Shown here: piece after piece, positions 1 through 14,676 of the stretch
Layout: every line of letters starts with the position of its first letter
Numbering within the stretch: the first letter of the stretch is position 1
Origin: Octopus bimaculoides
Taxonomy: Eukaryota
Assembly (NCBI RefSeq): GCF_001194135.2
Contig: NC_068981.1
Coordinates: 142,223,246-142,287,245 of the forward strand
Direction of reading: 5' to 3'
DNA: 64,000 nucleotides
Position numbers and translations under genes: made by a program
Notes under the pieces: model-generated
Seen by the model: the letters and a program-made list of their open reading frames with translations, nothing else
Told to the model about the DNA's origin: nothing
Database searches by the model: none

Positions 1-19
1 AGCAACTCTTGTGCTTGAT

Positions 20-158
20 TTGTATTTATTTCATCGATCTCGAAAGCATGAATGGCAAAGTCGACCTCGGTGGAATTTTTTCCCAGAACGTAGAAACGAA
101 CGAAATTCCGCAAAACAATTTTCCCGGTTTGCTAACGATTCTGCCAGTTTGCCGCCTT
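20..158 (-). mobile_element. tRNA-derived SINE family A (head ggcggyGAGCTGGCAGAATCGTTAGC), partial
   Basis: Reverse complement of the family head; truncated near the gap. Confidence 0.8.
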
Positions 159-1071
159 GGAAATTATCAAAAATTTGGGATCTAATATNNNNNNNNNNNN
201 NNNNNNNNNNNNNNNNNNNNNNNNNNNNNNNNNNNNNNNNNNNNNNNNNNNNNNNNNNNNNNNNNNNNNNNNNNNNNNNNNNNNNNNNNNNNNNNNNNNN
301 NNNNNNNNNNNNNNNNNNNNNNNNNNNNNNNNNNNNNNNNTGTGTGTGTGTGTGTGTGTATTGTAAGCCAATTGTGGAGATTGAAAACCGAAACACACAA
401 TATACTAATACTCAGCTTTTAGAATAATTACAAAAACCTGCAGCCATAGTCGAACAAGGTAAGGACTTATTCTTTGTAAGCCTAGCACTTATTCTAGTTC
501 ATATAACATATTTTCTTGAGCCCTTGGACTCATAAGCTCATTTACTCGATCCAATAGCGTGTAAGTGACCGAGATCACAACGTACCCCTTGTGAGGCTGG
601 CTGGGCAGTTGGAGGAGTCAACAATACAACTGGACACACACCGCACATAATTTGCTTAGACACCAATGTCCTTATCGTGCCCGACGCATTGTACAGTGAA
701 ATTATACGATAAAAGTTTTAAAAATTCTTAAAAGATAGTTTGTAACAGAGGCACTCTGGCATGAATTTTAGGAGTGGAGCATATGCTATCTCAGTACGTG
801 ACTGTACTTCATTTTATATGAGAGATGTTATATAAAATTGTTATCGACAGTATTTGAGCTGATACGATAAATATACTAAACCAATACCACAACTCATTTT
901 TGTTCCATCTAACAATTATAGCACCTATCGCCGTTTAATAATATTTATATATATTGTCGTTTCCATTCGTTGTATCTTTAGTTTTTTTCTGATTCTCAAT
1001 ATTAAACCAACTTTTATGATAGTTATTTTATTAAAACTTTTCACTAAATCAATTTTGTTATCGATACTTAC

Positions 1072-1101
1072 CTGTATCAATGATATCGGCAGCTCTCTTC
1101 A
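1072..1101 (-). CDS. Candidate 30-nt internal micro-exon (phase 1-1) of an unidentified minus-strand gene
   Basis: Minus strand reads ttcctttttcttattttcCAG|tgaagagagctgccgatatcattgataCAG|GTAAGTat: strong acceptor and a perfect donor. Only one frame is open (x-K-R-A-A-D-I-I-D-T-x). Confidence 0.35.
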
Positions 1102-1384
1102 CTGGAAAATAAGAAAAAGGAATGGTCAGCTGAAACGTGACTTAAACTAACTTAATAATAGACAGCATAATACTACTTAGAATAGTTCGTGCTAAATATA
1201 TTGAATGAAATAAGCGGAACAGACAAATTTGGATGGTTAAGTATATACATCATACATGCATGCATACTTATACATACATACCCATGTACATCGAGAAAGA
1301 TAGAGAAAGGAAGAGTGAATTATGTGTGTATCTATATTAACTTTAACATATGCTTCTGTATATGACGAGTGTGTGGGTGCCGAA

Positions 1385-1538
<154 letters not shown>

Positions 1539-4500
1539 ACATATATAAATGCACACCAGTAATCAGAGGGACAACATAAAAAATGCATCATTTAACGACA
1601 TTAGTTTAAGATTACATGAATTACACACAAACACATACCTGTTTGTGTGTATGTGTTTGTGTGTGTGTGTCTGTGTACGTGTGTGCGTGTATGATAATGT
1701 GCCGAAGATGCATGCGATGTCATGATGATCTTAAAATTACAAATACAAATAATTTATGACAGACAGTCTCTCGTACGCATTCAAATAAGCACAAATGTAA
1801 ATGTACAAATAGATAAATATCTGTACATAGATAATATTATGTGAATGGACGAGTTTACATCTTTGTGCTATATTGGGTTTCACTCTTCTTAGTGTTGAGT
1901 TATAGGTAGCGTTGCAAGCTTCCGTTAATATGTGAGTAATTTGTCTTGTTTTCGTTGTTGCACCCATTGTTGCTAGGCAATTCAAAAGGCAGAACTGGTA
2001 GCGCATTATTCTACCTCGTGTTTTTGATGTTGTTTTAATTATTGCTTTCGTTTGGTTTCGTTTTTTCTTTGTTAATTATTTAGCATATTACTATGTATAA
2101 TTAAAATTGCCCTAGAGCTTAATCAAGAGAAATCTTGTCTCAGTTACGTTTCTGCTTATCATAAAAGTTCCAGCAATAAATTAATTATTATTTCTCTTAG
2201 CGCTTTCATCTTTTCTTTTTTACCCTAGCCTTTTGTCTTTCTAATTCTCACTCTCTCTCTCCCTCAGTATATATCATGCTGTCCCTTTAGTTCTATATTC
2301 TACGTCTTCTTCACACTACATTTCTCTACATATCTATCACACCCACATACATATACACACGCTCACACATATGTGTATGTATGTAGGTATGTATAGTCGT
2401 GAAATACCAAGCTTCTCAGCGTCACTCTATGCTGCCTCTCTTCTGTCACGAGGTAAATAATGTTCACTTGATACATTAGTCATAATTATAATCGTTGAAT
2501 ACCATAAAGTATGCCGCAGCCTTTGAGGGAAATTCAATATCCAGGAGTATATTGATGCTTAGAATGGTGAAGCTTCCTGTATAAAAGCTCCCTGTTGTGC
2601 CAGAACATACGTGGTTAATCATGATGATCATGATTAAAAGGAGGAATATAATAGGAAATACGAGGAAGAGATGCATGATGAAGAGGAACTGCGCAAAAAA
2701 TGCATGCAAATTCAAAAGCAAAAAATAATAAGAGCCGCTGAATAGAAAATGTAAAGACGCAAGAAATAGATTGCTAACAAATACACGTTAATACAGTACG
2801 GGTTTGTTCTAATCCTTAATACGAATGTTTAAATTCCAAATTATTACTACAGCCGTCTAAATAGTCTGAACCACGCCATCATCAATATACTCTCGATCCT
2901 TCACGTCAAGTGGAATTTGTTTATTCTCTGTGCTTAAAGCCGGGCACAAACGGGAGAAGGGTATAACTCTCCTATTGATTTTCCTCAGACCATTCGCAGG
3001 AATCATTATCGTAGTTACTACTTTGGAGAGCAAATACTTAAGAAATATGAACTAGGTAGGATAACTATTTTTTCCTTTCTTACATTGGTTTATTATTTTT
3101 TAATTATTTTTTTACTTCGCGTTCCTATAATGAGCAATTTGATGGATAAAGAACTAAAAACGCTGAAGTTTGTCACATTGTAACATTTTGATTTTATCTT
3201 TCTCATTGGCCGTTAAATGTTTTATGCCGTATAAGATTGTTTTGGAAGTTGTTTCGGTTTATTTAATTATTTATTTATTTATTTTTATGAATTCAGTTTC
3301 GAAAGACAAAGTATTAATGCAAACTATTTTTGTCGACAGGATATGAATGACTTAACGTTGACAGTCTAAACACTTAAATGGCGTTTTATGAGATTCTTCT
3401 GAGTGTCTTTATGAACATTTCCGATTTGAATTAACGGGCATTCATTGTAGCACGTTTTCTTGAGATTCATTCTGTCGTCTTTTACACCGGAGCACACTGG
3501 CAAATAGGAAAACATATTAAGCATGCCACGTGACACTAGAGTAATCATGCGCACGCATACACACTGAAGTGTAAACTATAGTGATGTATACTGTGATAAA
3601 CGCTATAAAACACGTGATAACATGGCGGTATTTTTTCTTATAAACAATTGTAAAAGTGGGCACATATCATAACATGTAATGCAACATAGTTGCGTAAAGC
3701 ATTGAACGATAATCAGGAATGAAACGTGACAGTATAACTCTTACAGTCAACGAAACATACATAGCGCAGAATAAAAAAAAAAAAAAAAACGAAATATACA
3801 GTGCTACCTGCTCTGAAGCAAATTCTTGAATATTTACGAAAATCACTTGTGTGTAGAATGCTCAAAATAATATGTAACATTCAACTCTGTTTGCAATGTA
3901 AAGGCAATGACAGAGCGCATGTTTTGACACCAAGTGAAACGTAAAACTAATAGATAAATGGCAAATGTTTTGCAAAGAGTTATTTTATCAGAGACTGCAG
4001 CATATGGGATAAGAAACCAGTCAAGCTAGCCTTTAAAACAAACATTGCGAAGGAGTTTGTAAAGGACTGTTATTCCACCGAACAACTTTACATAGCACCC
4101 GTTCATTTACTGATTTTCAATATGGTTGACGACGGAGTTCGTCTTACCGTGCAGTAGGCTGTGAGTACAAGCTACAGACGACGCCAAACGTAATTTATGT
4201 GCGTGTGTGTGTGTGCGCGCGTGCGTGTGTGTGTGTGCGTGCGTGCATCTAGCATTCTCACCAGCCGCAGCTGGAATGATTATCTTCTGTTTCTGACATA
4301 TATTTTACATTTAAAAACAGCACTTCCAAGAGAGATATTTTCTCCGGACGAACACCGCAGTAAATCCACATTTTGTGATGTATTTACACTAAGAATTGTA
4401 CACAGTTGTCTATATTTTATATATGTATGTATTTGTTTTATGTTTCTATATATTCACGGATAAATCGCCTGTCACGATGAATGCAACAGAAAGAATCCTG

Positions 4501-4927
4501 CGTTAAATGAAATATGTGTGAATGTGTGTGTTATGTATTATACATGTATTACATGTTTGTGTGTAAACTGAATGACTGAAGAATTCATCGCAACTCGGCT
4601 GTGAAGACAAAAAGGCTACAATAACAGATATGATTGCAAGATAACAAAACTTCCAGAGCTTTGAATAAATAGAGAGAACTGTTTTGCCTTTAACTTAACC
4701 CTTGAACTCAAAACCTTCTATTAGTTTTGGCATGTACAATTTAAGAGGCTTACATCAAAGGAAGATTTGTGTTTTATTTTTTACATTCATCTCATTCGCT
4801 TTCATTTATATTTTCGGAGAATATTACATTTTGCAACGCCAAACAATCCTATTCAAATATCATGTTCTTCAGTAACTTTCTAGTTGGCTTTCTCTAAATC
4901 TTACGCCATCTCTTTTCCCTCATTCTG

Positions 4928-4943
4928 CCTGTCTGTCTGTCTT

Positions 4944-5009
<66 letters not shown>

Positions 5010-5555
5010 TTTCTCCCTCTCACACACATACACACATATATGCTTATACGTACACAAAAGCAAACGTATATATATANNNNNNNNNNNNNNNNNNNNNNNN
5101 NNNNNNNNNNNNNNNNNNNNNNNNNNNNNNNNNNNNNNNNNNNNNNNNNNNNNNNNNNNNNNNNNNNNNNNNNNNNNNNNNNNNNNNNNNNNNNNNNNNN
5201 NNNNNNNNNNNNNNNNNNNNNNNNNNNNNNNNNNNNNNNNNNNNNNNNNNNNNNNNNNNNNNNNNNNNNNNNNNNNNNNNNNNNNNNNNNNNNNNNNNNN
5301 NNNNNNNNNNNNNNNNNNNNNNNNNNNNNNNNNNNNNNNNNNNNNNNNNNNNNNNNNNNNNNNNNNNNNNNNNNNNNNNNNNNNNNNNNNNNNNNNNNNN
5401 NNNNNNNNNNNNNNNNNNNNNNNNNNNNNNNNNNNNNNNNNNNNNNNNNNNNNNNNNNNNNNNNNNNNNNNNNNNNNNNNNNNNNNNNNNNNNNNNNNNN
5501 NNNNNNNNNNNNNNNNNNNNNNNNNNNNNNNNNNNNNNNNNNNNNNNNNNNNNNN

Positions 5556-5622
<67 letters not shown>

Positions 5623-5930
5623 CTATACATATACAAATATATGTATGTATGCATACATATGCAAATATATGTATGTATGTATACATATAGAAATGTATAT
5701 ATGTATACATATACAAATATATATATATGTATGTGTGCTTGTACAAATATATATATGTATGTATACATACACAAATAGATATATGCATGTATACATATAG
5801 AAATATATATATGTATATATACACATACAGACAAATGTATGTATATGTACTTATTTGTATATGTATCTTCATATGTATGTGTATACATATGTATATGAAT
5901 ATTTATGTATATATGTGTGTATGAATATGT

Positions 5931-5984
<54 letters not shown>

Positions 5985-5994
5985 NNNNNNNNNN

Positions 5995-6031
<37 letters not shown>
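4928..6031. repeat. Compound (TCTG)/(CT)/(TA)/(GA) microsatellite cluster with gaps
   Basis: Direct reading; N gaps at 5077-5555 and 5985-5994. Confidence 0.9.
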
Positions 6032-6036
<5 letters not shown>

Positions 6037-6829
6037 TGTATGTGTCTGTGAATGTATTACATACATTTATATGTATATATGTGTGTACATATACGCATGT
6101 ATTGCTATTAATTTTTTTTTTTTTTTTACCATAACTTCTGTTGTTTTAAGGCCATATCGCTATATTAAGTAAAGTCAATTAGACAACATATATTTAGTTG
6201 GCTTCTCATTATTCACTGTTATAACGGTATTTTCGCTATGAACGTTCGGTAAAGGACCACTGACCGAACCGAATTGCATTGAGAAGATCAGTTCCTGTCA
6301 CTTAATTGCATCGCTGAGTATGGTGAGAATGAAAATGAATGAAATGAGTGAGTGATTTAATAATTTAATCTAAGTAATAACTAGGGATAAAGAAAGTCCA
6401 CCTTAGAGTAATACAGTAAGGCGTGATAAATTATTGTTATTGCTTGTAAATGGGGGCAATGGTGGTGTTTCTTTTGCGCAGGTCAACCTTATTCGAGGCA
6501 ATATATGATAAAATACATTCCCAGAATGACCGTCCTTTCTTTGTTTTTGATAAATAGATATTGAAAACCATTTTGTATGTTCTTTATACTTGTTTTTTTA
6601 AGATAGTAATATGTGATACGTAAGACAGTATCTAGCATATCGAATGAACTCTTAGTATCTCTTTTATTGGCTCAGATGACCGCATAGCGATACCTTCGTT
6701 GGCTTATGAGGTTTATGTGACATACAGTTAAACGGCAGCACCAAACAGTAAACAGTAAAGGATAAAAAACTATCAGACAGTAAGCAAACTACGATGTGAG
6801 AAGCAAGAAACAGTCAGTTGTATCATCTC

Positions 6830-6975
6830 CTGTACTTGACCGATATTTTAGTTTAAGAATATCAGAAAGATGAAGAGCAAAGTTGACCTCGGCAGGATTT
6901 GAAATAAGAATGCAAATAACTGGAAAAGTAGAGCAAGTCATTGCGTTCAAGACCAGATCAATTCTGCTACGTCAA
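6830..6975 (-). mobile_element. Old SINE family A remnant
   Basis: gaagagcaaagttgacctcggcaggatttgaa. Confidence 0.45.
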
Positions 6976-7324
6976 AGTTCCCTTTAATAACGCTAATAAT
7001 ATTGATTTTTGAAATTTTTAGATGGTTACAACGTTTCGAATATGAGCACAGTATATTGTTTACAGTTATTTCCTCCAATTCAGGCGGAGAAAAATACATT
7101 AGAATGTGTTGTAATTTTCATTAAGAACCCAAAGTGATCACATAAAATACTTCTTAAACATTTTGCCCTAACATCTACTGCTTTTCCTGCCTAAACGTAC
7201 AATTACTATGTAACGAAAATATTTAGATATATATGTGTGTGTGTAGCTTTAAATCCAGCAAAGTTTCCGTACAATTTTGAATGAATAGTAAAATATTTAA
7301 AACGTTAATATTAATAAACTCTAA

Positions 7325-7540
7325 GGCGGTGAGCTGGCAGAATCGTTAGCAAACCGACAAAGTGCTTAGCGATATTTCGTCCGTCATTACGTTCTGGGTT
7401 CAAATTCCACCGAGGTTGATTTTTACCTTTGATCCTTTCTGGATCGATAAAATACTCACCGGTTGAATACTCGGGTGCGATGTAATCGGCTTACCTACTT
7501 CCTCAAGGTTGCTGGCCTTCTGCCAAAATTCGAAACCAAT
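7325..7540 (+). mobile_element. SINE family A, full length
   Basis: A-box-like TGGCAGAATCG, B-box GTTCAAATTCC; probable TSD aatattaat(a/g)aac at 7307 and 7538. Confidence 0.88.
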
Positions 7541-7936
7541 ATTAATGAACACTTATAAAAAAAATCTCGATCATATTTTTAATACTGCTCTCAGCTTTTC
7601 ATTCAATATCGCTAGACTTACACTCATTTACTGTGTCTTTTACTTTTTGATCCATTCTTAAATTTATTCACATCATTTGATATGCGTATTCAGTCATCAA
7701 CTTTACAAGCCACATCTTACAGGCATACAAAATTGGATGTCAATAGGTATAAAGTTTCTTGAAAATGAATGTGAACGGTACTGATCTAGATGAAATTATG
7801 TTCAATTTGTGAAGGAAATTGTGGTTTTGTCATTGTTCAATATATGATTAAAATGTGATATGTCTCTTAGAGTGATACGTGGATTCTGGGTGTATGGAAG
7901 GCATAAACAAGTATATATGAAATCATCTAACAGGAA

Positions 7937-7979
<43 letters not shown>

Positions 7980-10249
7980 GTGTGTAGTGTATGTGTGTGT
8001 GCTTTAAAGGGATTTATTAGTAGTATAATAAGGGAAAAGTAGAGAGCACCTATGACTTGAAGAGAGAAATTTATGAAACTCAGAGCTTGCTTCAGAGTAC
8101 GTTTCGTTAAAGGCAACTGAAGAGTAGTTCGCCAGATTAAACCTGTCATTCCAAAACAGAAATGTAATTTCATTCACATCACTTTAATCAAATGGTAAGA
8201 AATGACATATGTTCCACGCAAGCTCTGCCCGTGCAAAGGATCTTCCTAACCACATAACTGTGCATTAACCAATTTAGTAAGCATGAAATACCTAATAATC
8301 CTCGAATATTCGTTTTAGAATGTAAGAAGACGCAAGTAAATAGAACGTAACATTTAGTCCAGTACATGTCCTTTGATTGTCGCTTTACAGTTTTCATTCG
8401 AAGTAAATCAGTGATTTTTAACACTGGAACAAGTCATAGAAATTTATTGCATTGTCGAATAAATAATTCCAATACTTTTCAGGTAATATTGTGTTGAGGG
8501 ATGAAGATGATATGAATACTAACGCGATTTAAACTTGGACCCCAGACAGACGAATCAACCAGAAACTAAGACAAAATATAAATATTTAATACCAACAGTT
8601 ACTGCTAAAATATATTTCATGAATTCATAAGTAAGATTTATGTAAATTTCAGATAGTAATTGAAGAAATAAAACTTACAAATGAAAATCTACTTAAATAT
8701 TAATCACAAATATACCTGAAATGTCTTCAAAATTAGGTACTTTTTACTTGCAGTACTCAGTTGCATATTCTTGAACGCAATATCAATCGAAGAAAAATAT
8801 AAGAGAGAACGATTTACGTATTAAGAATAAATGTGTTCAACTCAATGCATCTTTAGTATTTTATGCGAAAATGGCATGGATTGTTCATATTTTATGTATG
8901 ATTGATCGACAGACAATATGTGAAAGCATATATATTGAAAAAATATCCTTTTAAATCAAGTGGAGAAATACGAAATGTATTCGTTTCAAGCTATCACTTC
9001 TATCTATACCAATATTGGAAAAGTGTGACTGAACAATCTCTAGCATTGTAATTAACCGCTCAGTTGAATAAATATCCGTTTTATGTGGCAGAAACGAAAT
9101 AGCAATCTGTATATTATATTAAATGTATATACATCATGACAAACCAAGCTTCAACGTAATTAATACAGAAACGATATCTCTGATAATCTGTGTTTCAAAG
9201 CAATGCATATCGATACAAGATGAAGATCGTTTGTTTTCGACAAAGCCCACGAAGGTAGGAATGTACATCTACGAATTTCATAGGCGGCTGGCAGACGCCA
9301 TTTACTTGATTATAGTCGCCCATGAGAGAAATTATCCCAGGACTAGAGCTACAAAAGAATTGCCTTCCGCTATGTATAGATGTTAATAATGATCGAATAA
9401 TACATATATATATATATATATANNNNNNNNNNNNNNNNNNNNNNNNNNNNNNNNNNNNNNNNNNNNNNNNNNNNNNNNNNNNNNNNNNNNNNNNNNNNNN
9501 NNNNNNNNNNNNNNNNNNNNNNNNNNNNNNNNNNNNNNNNNNNNNNNNNNNNNNNNNNNNNNNNNNNNNNNNNNNNNNNNNNNNNNNNNNNNNNNNNNNN
9601 NNNNNNNNNNNNNNNNNNNNNNNNNNNNNNNNNNNNNNNNNNNNNNNNNNNNNNNNNNNNNNNNNNNNNNNNNNNNNNNNNNNNNNNNNNNNNNNNNNNN
9701 NNNNNNNNNNNNNNNNNNNNNNNNNNNNNNNNNNNNNNNNNNNNNNNNNNNNNNNNNNNTATATATATATATATATGCAAACATAAATATTTATATATTT
9801 TCTTATGGCTACAGACAAAACAGATGACACGAAATAATTGATATATATATGTATATATATATACACACACACAACCTTACCAACAGCAGAAACATATTAA
9901 AAAAAAAGAAAAAAATTATATACACATATAATTGGTAGTAGCATATATATATAATCATTTGCTAACATTTGCAAAAAATAATAATTCTAGATAAATGCGA
10001 ATGATGTGTTTCAAGTAGCTCGTTCCGTCGTAAAATCAGACACATTAAGCAATTTTATTCTTTCCGTTTGACACAAGAGAAACAAATAGTGAATGTGGGG
10101 TAGAAAAAAAAAAACCTAATATGTCCATTGTATTTCCTAATAAACTACATTTCTTCTGTTTGTTCTTTATATCTGTTAGATTTTTATGTAAGTTTATGTT
10201 CTTGTTGTATACGCCGAATATGTATTTGCTGTTGGTTTTATGCGTTATG

Positions 10250-10454
10250 TAGTGAGATATATACATATATATGCTTGTGTGCTTGTGCATTTGTGTTGTC
10301 TGTGTGATTGTGTATACATACATATATACATATATATATATACATACGTATATATGCATATATATATAGATATATGCATATATAAATATATACACACAAG
10401 CATATACATGTATGTATGTATATATATACATAACTGATGACTTATCTTTGTGTT

Positions 10455-10494
<40 letters not shown>

Positions 10495-10681
10495 CGTATA
10501 TATTTATATAAATGTGTGTATATTTATATATATGCATATATATATGTTTGTGTATGTACGTATGCATATATGTATATATGAGTATATTTATATGTATGTA
10601 TATACATATATATGTATAGATATATATGCATATATGTTTCATACGTATACATATAACGTACATTCATATATATAACGTATA

Positions 10682-10742
<61 letters not shown>
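10250..10742. repeat. Degenerate (TA)/(TATG) low-complexity tract
   Basis: Direct reading. Confidence 0.9.
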
Positions 10743-10745
<3 letters not shown>

Positions 10746-11410
10746 AGAATAAAAATGTTGTGAATCATTTCAAACATAAAAGTGAGCACTGAATCATTCT
10801 GAATAGTAACAAAGACAATCAGTGTGTTCGGTGCAGATGACTGGAGGATTTCACAATTTCTGGTGCTGTTAAAAATATTTTGGAAAAATAACATAGAATA
10901 ACATTCATAAAAAGAATATACATCATAAATATACAACCATAATATTCGTTTGTTTATTTCGTTTGTTCTGGGCAAAATATTTCAATATTTGTTGATTTAT
11001 TTTCTTATTTCTATATATTTTTATATTAATTCACTTTAGTTATTCTTGTTTTTACTGTGATTGTTACTGCAGAATTTTATTATGATATGTCCTAGTGTTT
11101 GCATGGCAGCCACATTTAGCACATGCGTGGTGGGCGAGGCTATGATGAATGTAAATTTGAATATAACGCATGTACAACACGTGTCTCTTTACAAGTGGAA
11201 ATTGATTTTAATTGACTAATGCACACTCCTTTGATTGATTTAGTCAGTTTAGTATATAACTTTCTATTCACTTATTCCACTAATACCATAGTCTATGTGT
11301 GTAGACGACTGATTACTCAAGCTACCAAATATATCTCTCAATGGGTTTTAAACATCCTTTATTTACCTGCAGACTGATGCTTTTATGAATGCTATAATGA
11401 ATATTTCCAA

Positions 11411-11590
11411 TTAAAAAAGTGGGCCAGTAGCTTCGAGGAGATGGCGCCGTTTGATACTTCTGTGGTCCTTTAATTTATCCGTCCATGAGAGATGAAAGGC
11501 AAAGTACACCACGGCGGATTTCAAAATTTGAACAAGTATCATACTAACTATATACCGCAAGGCATTTGTCCGACGCTTTAAAGATTCAGA
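11411..11590 (-). mobile_element. SINE family A variant, degraded
   Basis: gatgaaaggcaaagt...cggcggatttcaa...taccgcaaggcatttgtccgacgct. Confidence 0.6.
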
Positions 11591-11619
11591 CAATGGACTC
11601 ACGTATGATACTTGTAATA

Positions 11620-11762
11620 ATCCGTTCTATTATAGGCACAAGGTTTGAAATTTTTGGTTAGAGGAAGATTGTCGATTACATCGACCCCATTACTTGACTG
11701 GTTCTTCATGTATTGACACCGAAAGGATGGGAGGCAAAACCGGGAGAATTTGAGGCCAGAAC
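11620..11762 (-). mobile_element. SINE family A, 3' part
   Basis: aggcacaaggtttgaaattttt..gtcgattacatcgacccc..gaaaggatgggaggcaaa. Confidence 0.7.
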
Positions 11763-11884
11763 ATAATGACGGACGAAGCACCGTTAGGCATACTTTACCG
11801 GGCTGCTAACGGTATATCACTTTGCAGTTTCATAATGTTTGTAATAATAGTTTCAAGCTTTGGTGTTAGATCAGCAATTTTGAT

Positions 11885-12072
11885 GAAAAGGGGAAGTCGA
11901 CTACATCAACACCAGTATTCAATTGGTACTTATTTTATCGACTCCGGAATGATGAATAGCAAAGTCGTCCTCGGTGGAATTTGAACTCTGAACGTAAAGA
12001 CAGACAACATATCTCTAAGCCTCTCACTAATTTTTATTCAATGTGCTAACCATTCTGCCAGCTCAATGCCTT
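11885..12072 (-). mobile_element. SINE family A
   Basis: ggtacttattttatcgac..ggtggaatttgaactc..gctaaccattctgccagctc. Confidence 0.8.
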
Positions 12073-12112
12073 CATGAAATTTGTATTAATGATTGCTATT
12101 ATAGGCAAGTGT

Positions 12113-12367
12113 GGAGGCGCGTGGTTTAGTGGTTAGGGTGTCAGCATCCTGATCGTAAGATTGTGGTTTCTATTCCCGGAACGGGCGACGCGTTGTGTTC
12201 TTGAGCAAAACACTTCATTTCACATTGTTCCAGTCCACTCAGCTGGCAAAAATGATTAACGCTGCGATGGACTGGCGTCCCGTCCAGCTGAGGAACACAT
12301 ACGCCATTGAAACCGGGAAACCGGGTCCATGAGCCTGGCTAGGCTTAAAAGGGCCCATTTATTTATA
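12113..12367 (+). mobile_element. tRNA-derived SINE family C, full length with TSD
   Basis: Head ggaggcgcgTGGTTTAGTGGttagg, B-box-like ggtttctattccc, central gtgttcttgagcaaaacacttcatttcac..gctccagtccactcagctgg-like domain, (attt) tail; TSD tattatag(g/a)caagt at 12097-12110 and 12368-12381. Confidence 0.88.
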
Positions 12368-12623
12368 TATTATAGACAAGTACAAGTTAAAGATATATAA
12401 CTGGCCCATATATTACAGATACAAAGATGGTGGAAACTGAACTTAGACATATCTCTGTTACTAAGTGTTATCGTTCTACCAAAATTACCAGTCTTTTGTT
12501 ATAATATTTATGGCACCGGATCAACCTCCTGAAGATAGTGCCAAGAAAATGAAGTCGTTCATTTTCCTTCACTGGTGCTTGTTTTCAGGTTAAAGGGCAA
12601 GTTAAACCTGACTGTACGAGGTC

Positions 12624-12669
<46 letters not shown>

Positions 12670-13608
12670 GTACTCTACAAAATATTTAAGGATTTCATTT
12701 TATTCCCAAAATAGCTACTAAATCTCGCTAATATCTCGTCGTAGTATCTTATAAAAAGGAAGTGCACAGTGGATTATATGCTCCCAGATAAGACTATGTG
12801 GAAAAATTATTTTTAAAGAAAGACATGATTATCAACGCTAGACTGTTTTGATCATATCTCTTATCTCAAAATTGCCTGAAGCGAAATAAAAAACATCATA
12901 TAAACTTGAACCTATATTTTTTTTTTCATTTTGACATTTTTTTCTACACTGAATTGTCAGTATATTATTCTTTTACCCTACTTAATAGTTATTTTTATGA
13001 AGAATATTTTTTACTCCGGAAGAATAATCGTCGTCGACAAGATATAAACATATAATGTAAATGGTTGTCAATACATACAATAATATGCACATTCTTAAGG
13101 CTTTTTTTCATTCCATTACTCTCAAACAACCAACATGTATTTATATGACATACACCCTTCTTCCTGCATAACCATAACTATATATACACACACATACACA
13201 CACGCATATATACGTTCAATTAACAAGTGTTTATGTGTGTTTTCCAACATAAGGGAACGTTTTGACATTAGGTTTGCTGATTGCAATTTCCCAGCGTTCG
13301 GTCAAAATTGTATACCAACGTAGGCAAGTGGCAGTTATCATACCCTTGGTTTAACGCATTCTTCGTAAATGAAAATCGTTTGACTGACAATGGATGACAG
13401 CACGTCGAATGGATCGTATGGTCAGGTGTCTGGTGAATGTAAAGCTAATTTTAGGCAAGTCAGGGAGTTCATAGCCTTGATGATCTAACTGCTCGTTATT
13501 TGCAATCAAGGGAGAATCCATCATATAGGCGTTTCCTGATGCATGTATATGCCTCTCAGTTTACAAACAACGGCGACAAGCCCAAACATGTTTATATGTA
13601 TCCATATT

Positions 13609-13647
<39 letters not shown>

Positions 13648-13980
13648 CTCTCTCTCTCTCTCTCTNNNNNNNNNNNNNNNNNNNNNNNNNNNNNNNNNNN
13701 NNNNNNNNNNNNNNNNNNNNNNNNNNNNNNNNNNNNNNNNNNNNNNNNNNNNNNNNNNNNNNNNNNNNNNNNNNNNNNNNNNNNNNNNNNNNNNNNNNNN
13801 NNNNNNNNNNNNNNNNNNNNNNNNNNNNNNNNNNNNNNNNNNNNNNNNNNNNNNNNNNNNNNNNNNNNNNNNNNNNNNNNNNNNNNNNNNNNNNNNNNTA
13901 TATACACACACACACAATGTAAATAGAAATATGGAAACATTTGTATATTTATATGTATGTGTGTGTGTCTAATATGTTAG

Positions 13981-14012
<32 letters not shown>

Positions 14013-14596
14013 GTTTTGCGTGTGTGTATGCATAAAAACATGTATATATGTATGTGCGTATATTGGTATGTTTCTATATACATTGGTCACATACTATATC
14101 TATATATTTTTTCTTGTTGTCTTTCTCCCATTGTTAACTCTCTCCAGGCTACTTCTCTTGCTTCAGTGTTCCACTGTACTCTTTCTCCCACATACAACAA
14201 ATTTTATCTCCTGTCTTTTCTCTAAATTCATTCATCTATTGTGTTTTTTACAATTCTGTTCCAAACGAACAAAAATATGACTCTCAATGTCTCTTCATTC
14301 TCCCTTCTCTTCCCTTCCTCATATTCTAATAAATTTCCTCATAAAGATTTCTTTATAGTAGTATTTTTTCTTCTCAAACAATTCATACATAGTTCATTCC
14401 ACTTTTCTCCTGCCTTTTGAATATATTTGACCCGTTATTTTCTCATACTTCCACGCTTTCTTCCTCCTTCTCTCTATCTCTCTGTATATATATCTGTCGA
14501 TCAATATATCTCTCCTTGTCTCACTCATCATCAATCGAGTAGTTTTTCTCTCTGAGACACAAACTCATATATGTATCACGAGATATTTCATGTGTG

Positions 14597-14676
<80 letters not shown>

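Noticed and set aside
1064-1074. ATACTTACCTG, identical to the 5' end of U1 snRNA
   Set aside because: No further U1 sequence follows; better explained as the complement of a minus-strand 5' splice site.
11599-11781. 60-aa minus ORF ending at a GTGAGT donor-like site
   Set aside because: Lies within a SINE family A tail.
12113-12190. tRNA-like sequences at SINE heads (families A, B, C)
   Set aside because: A/B boxes are present, but there is no intact cloverleaf and each continues into a SINE body.
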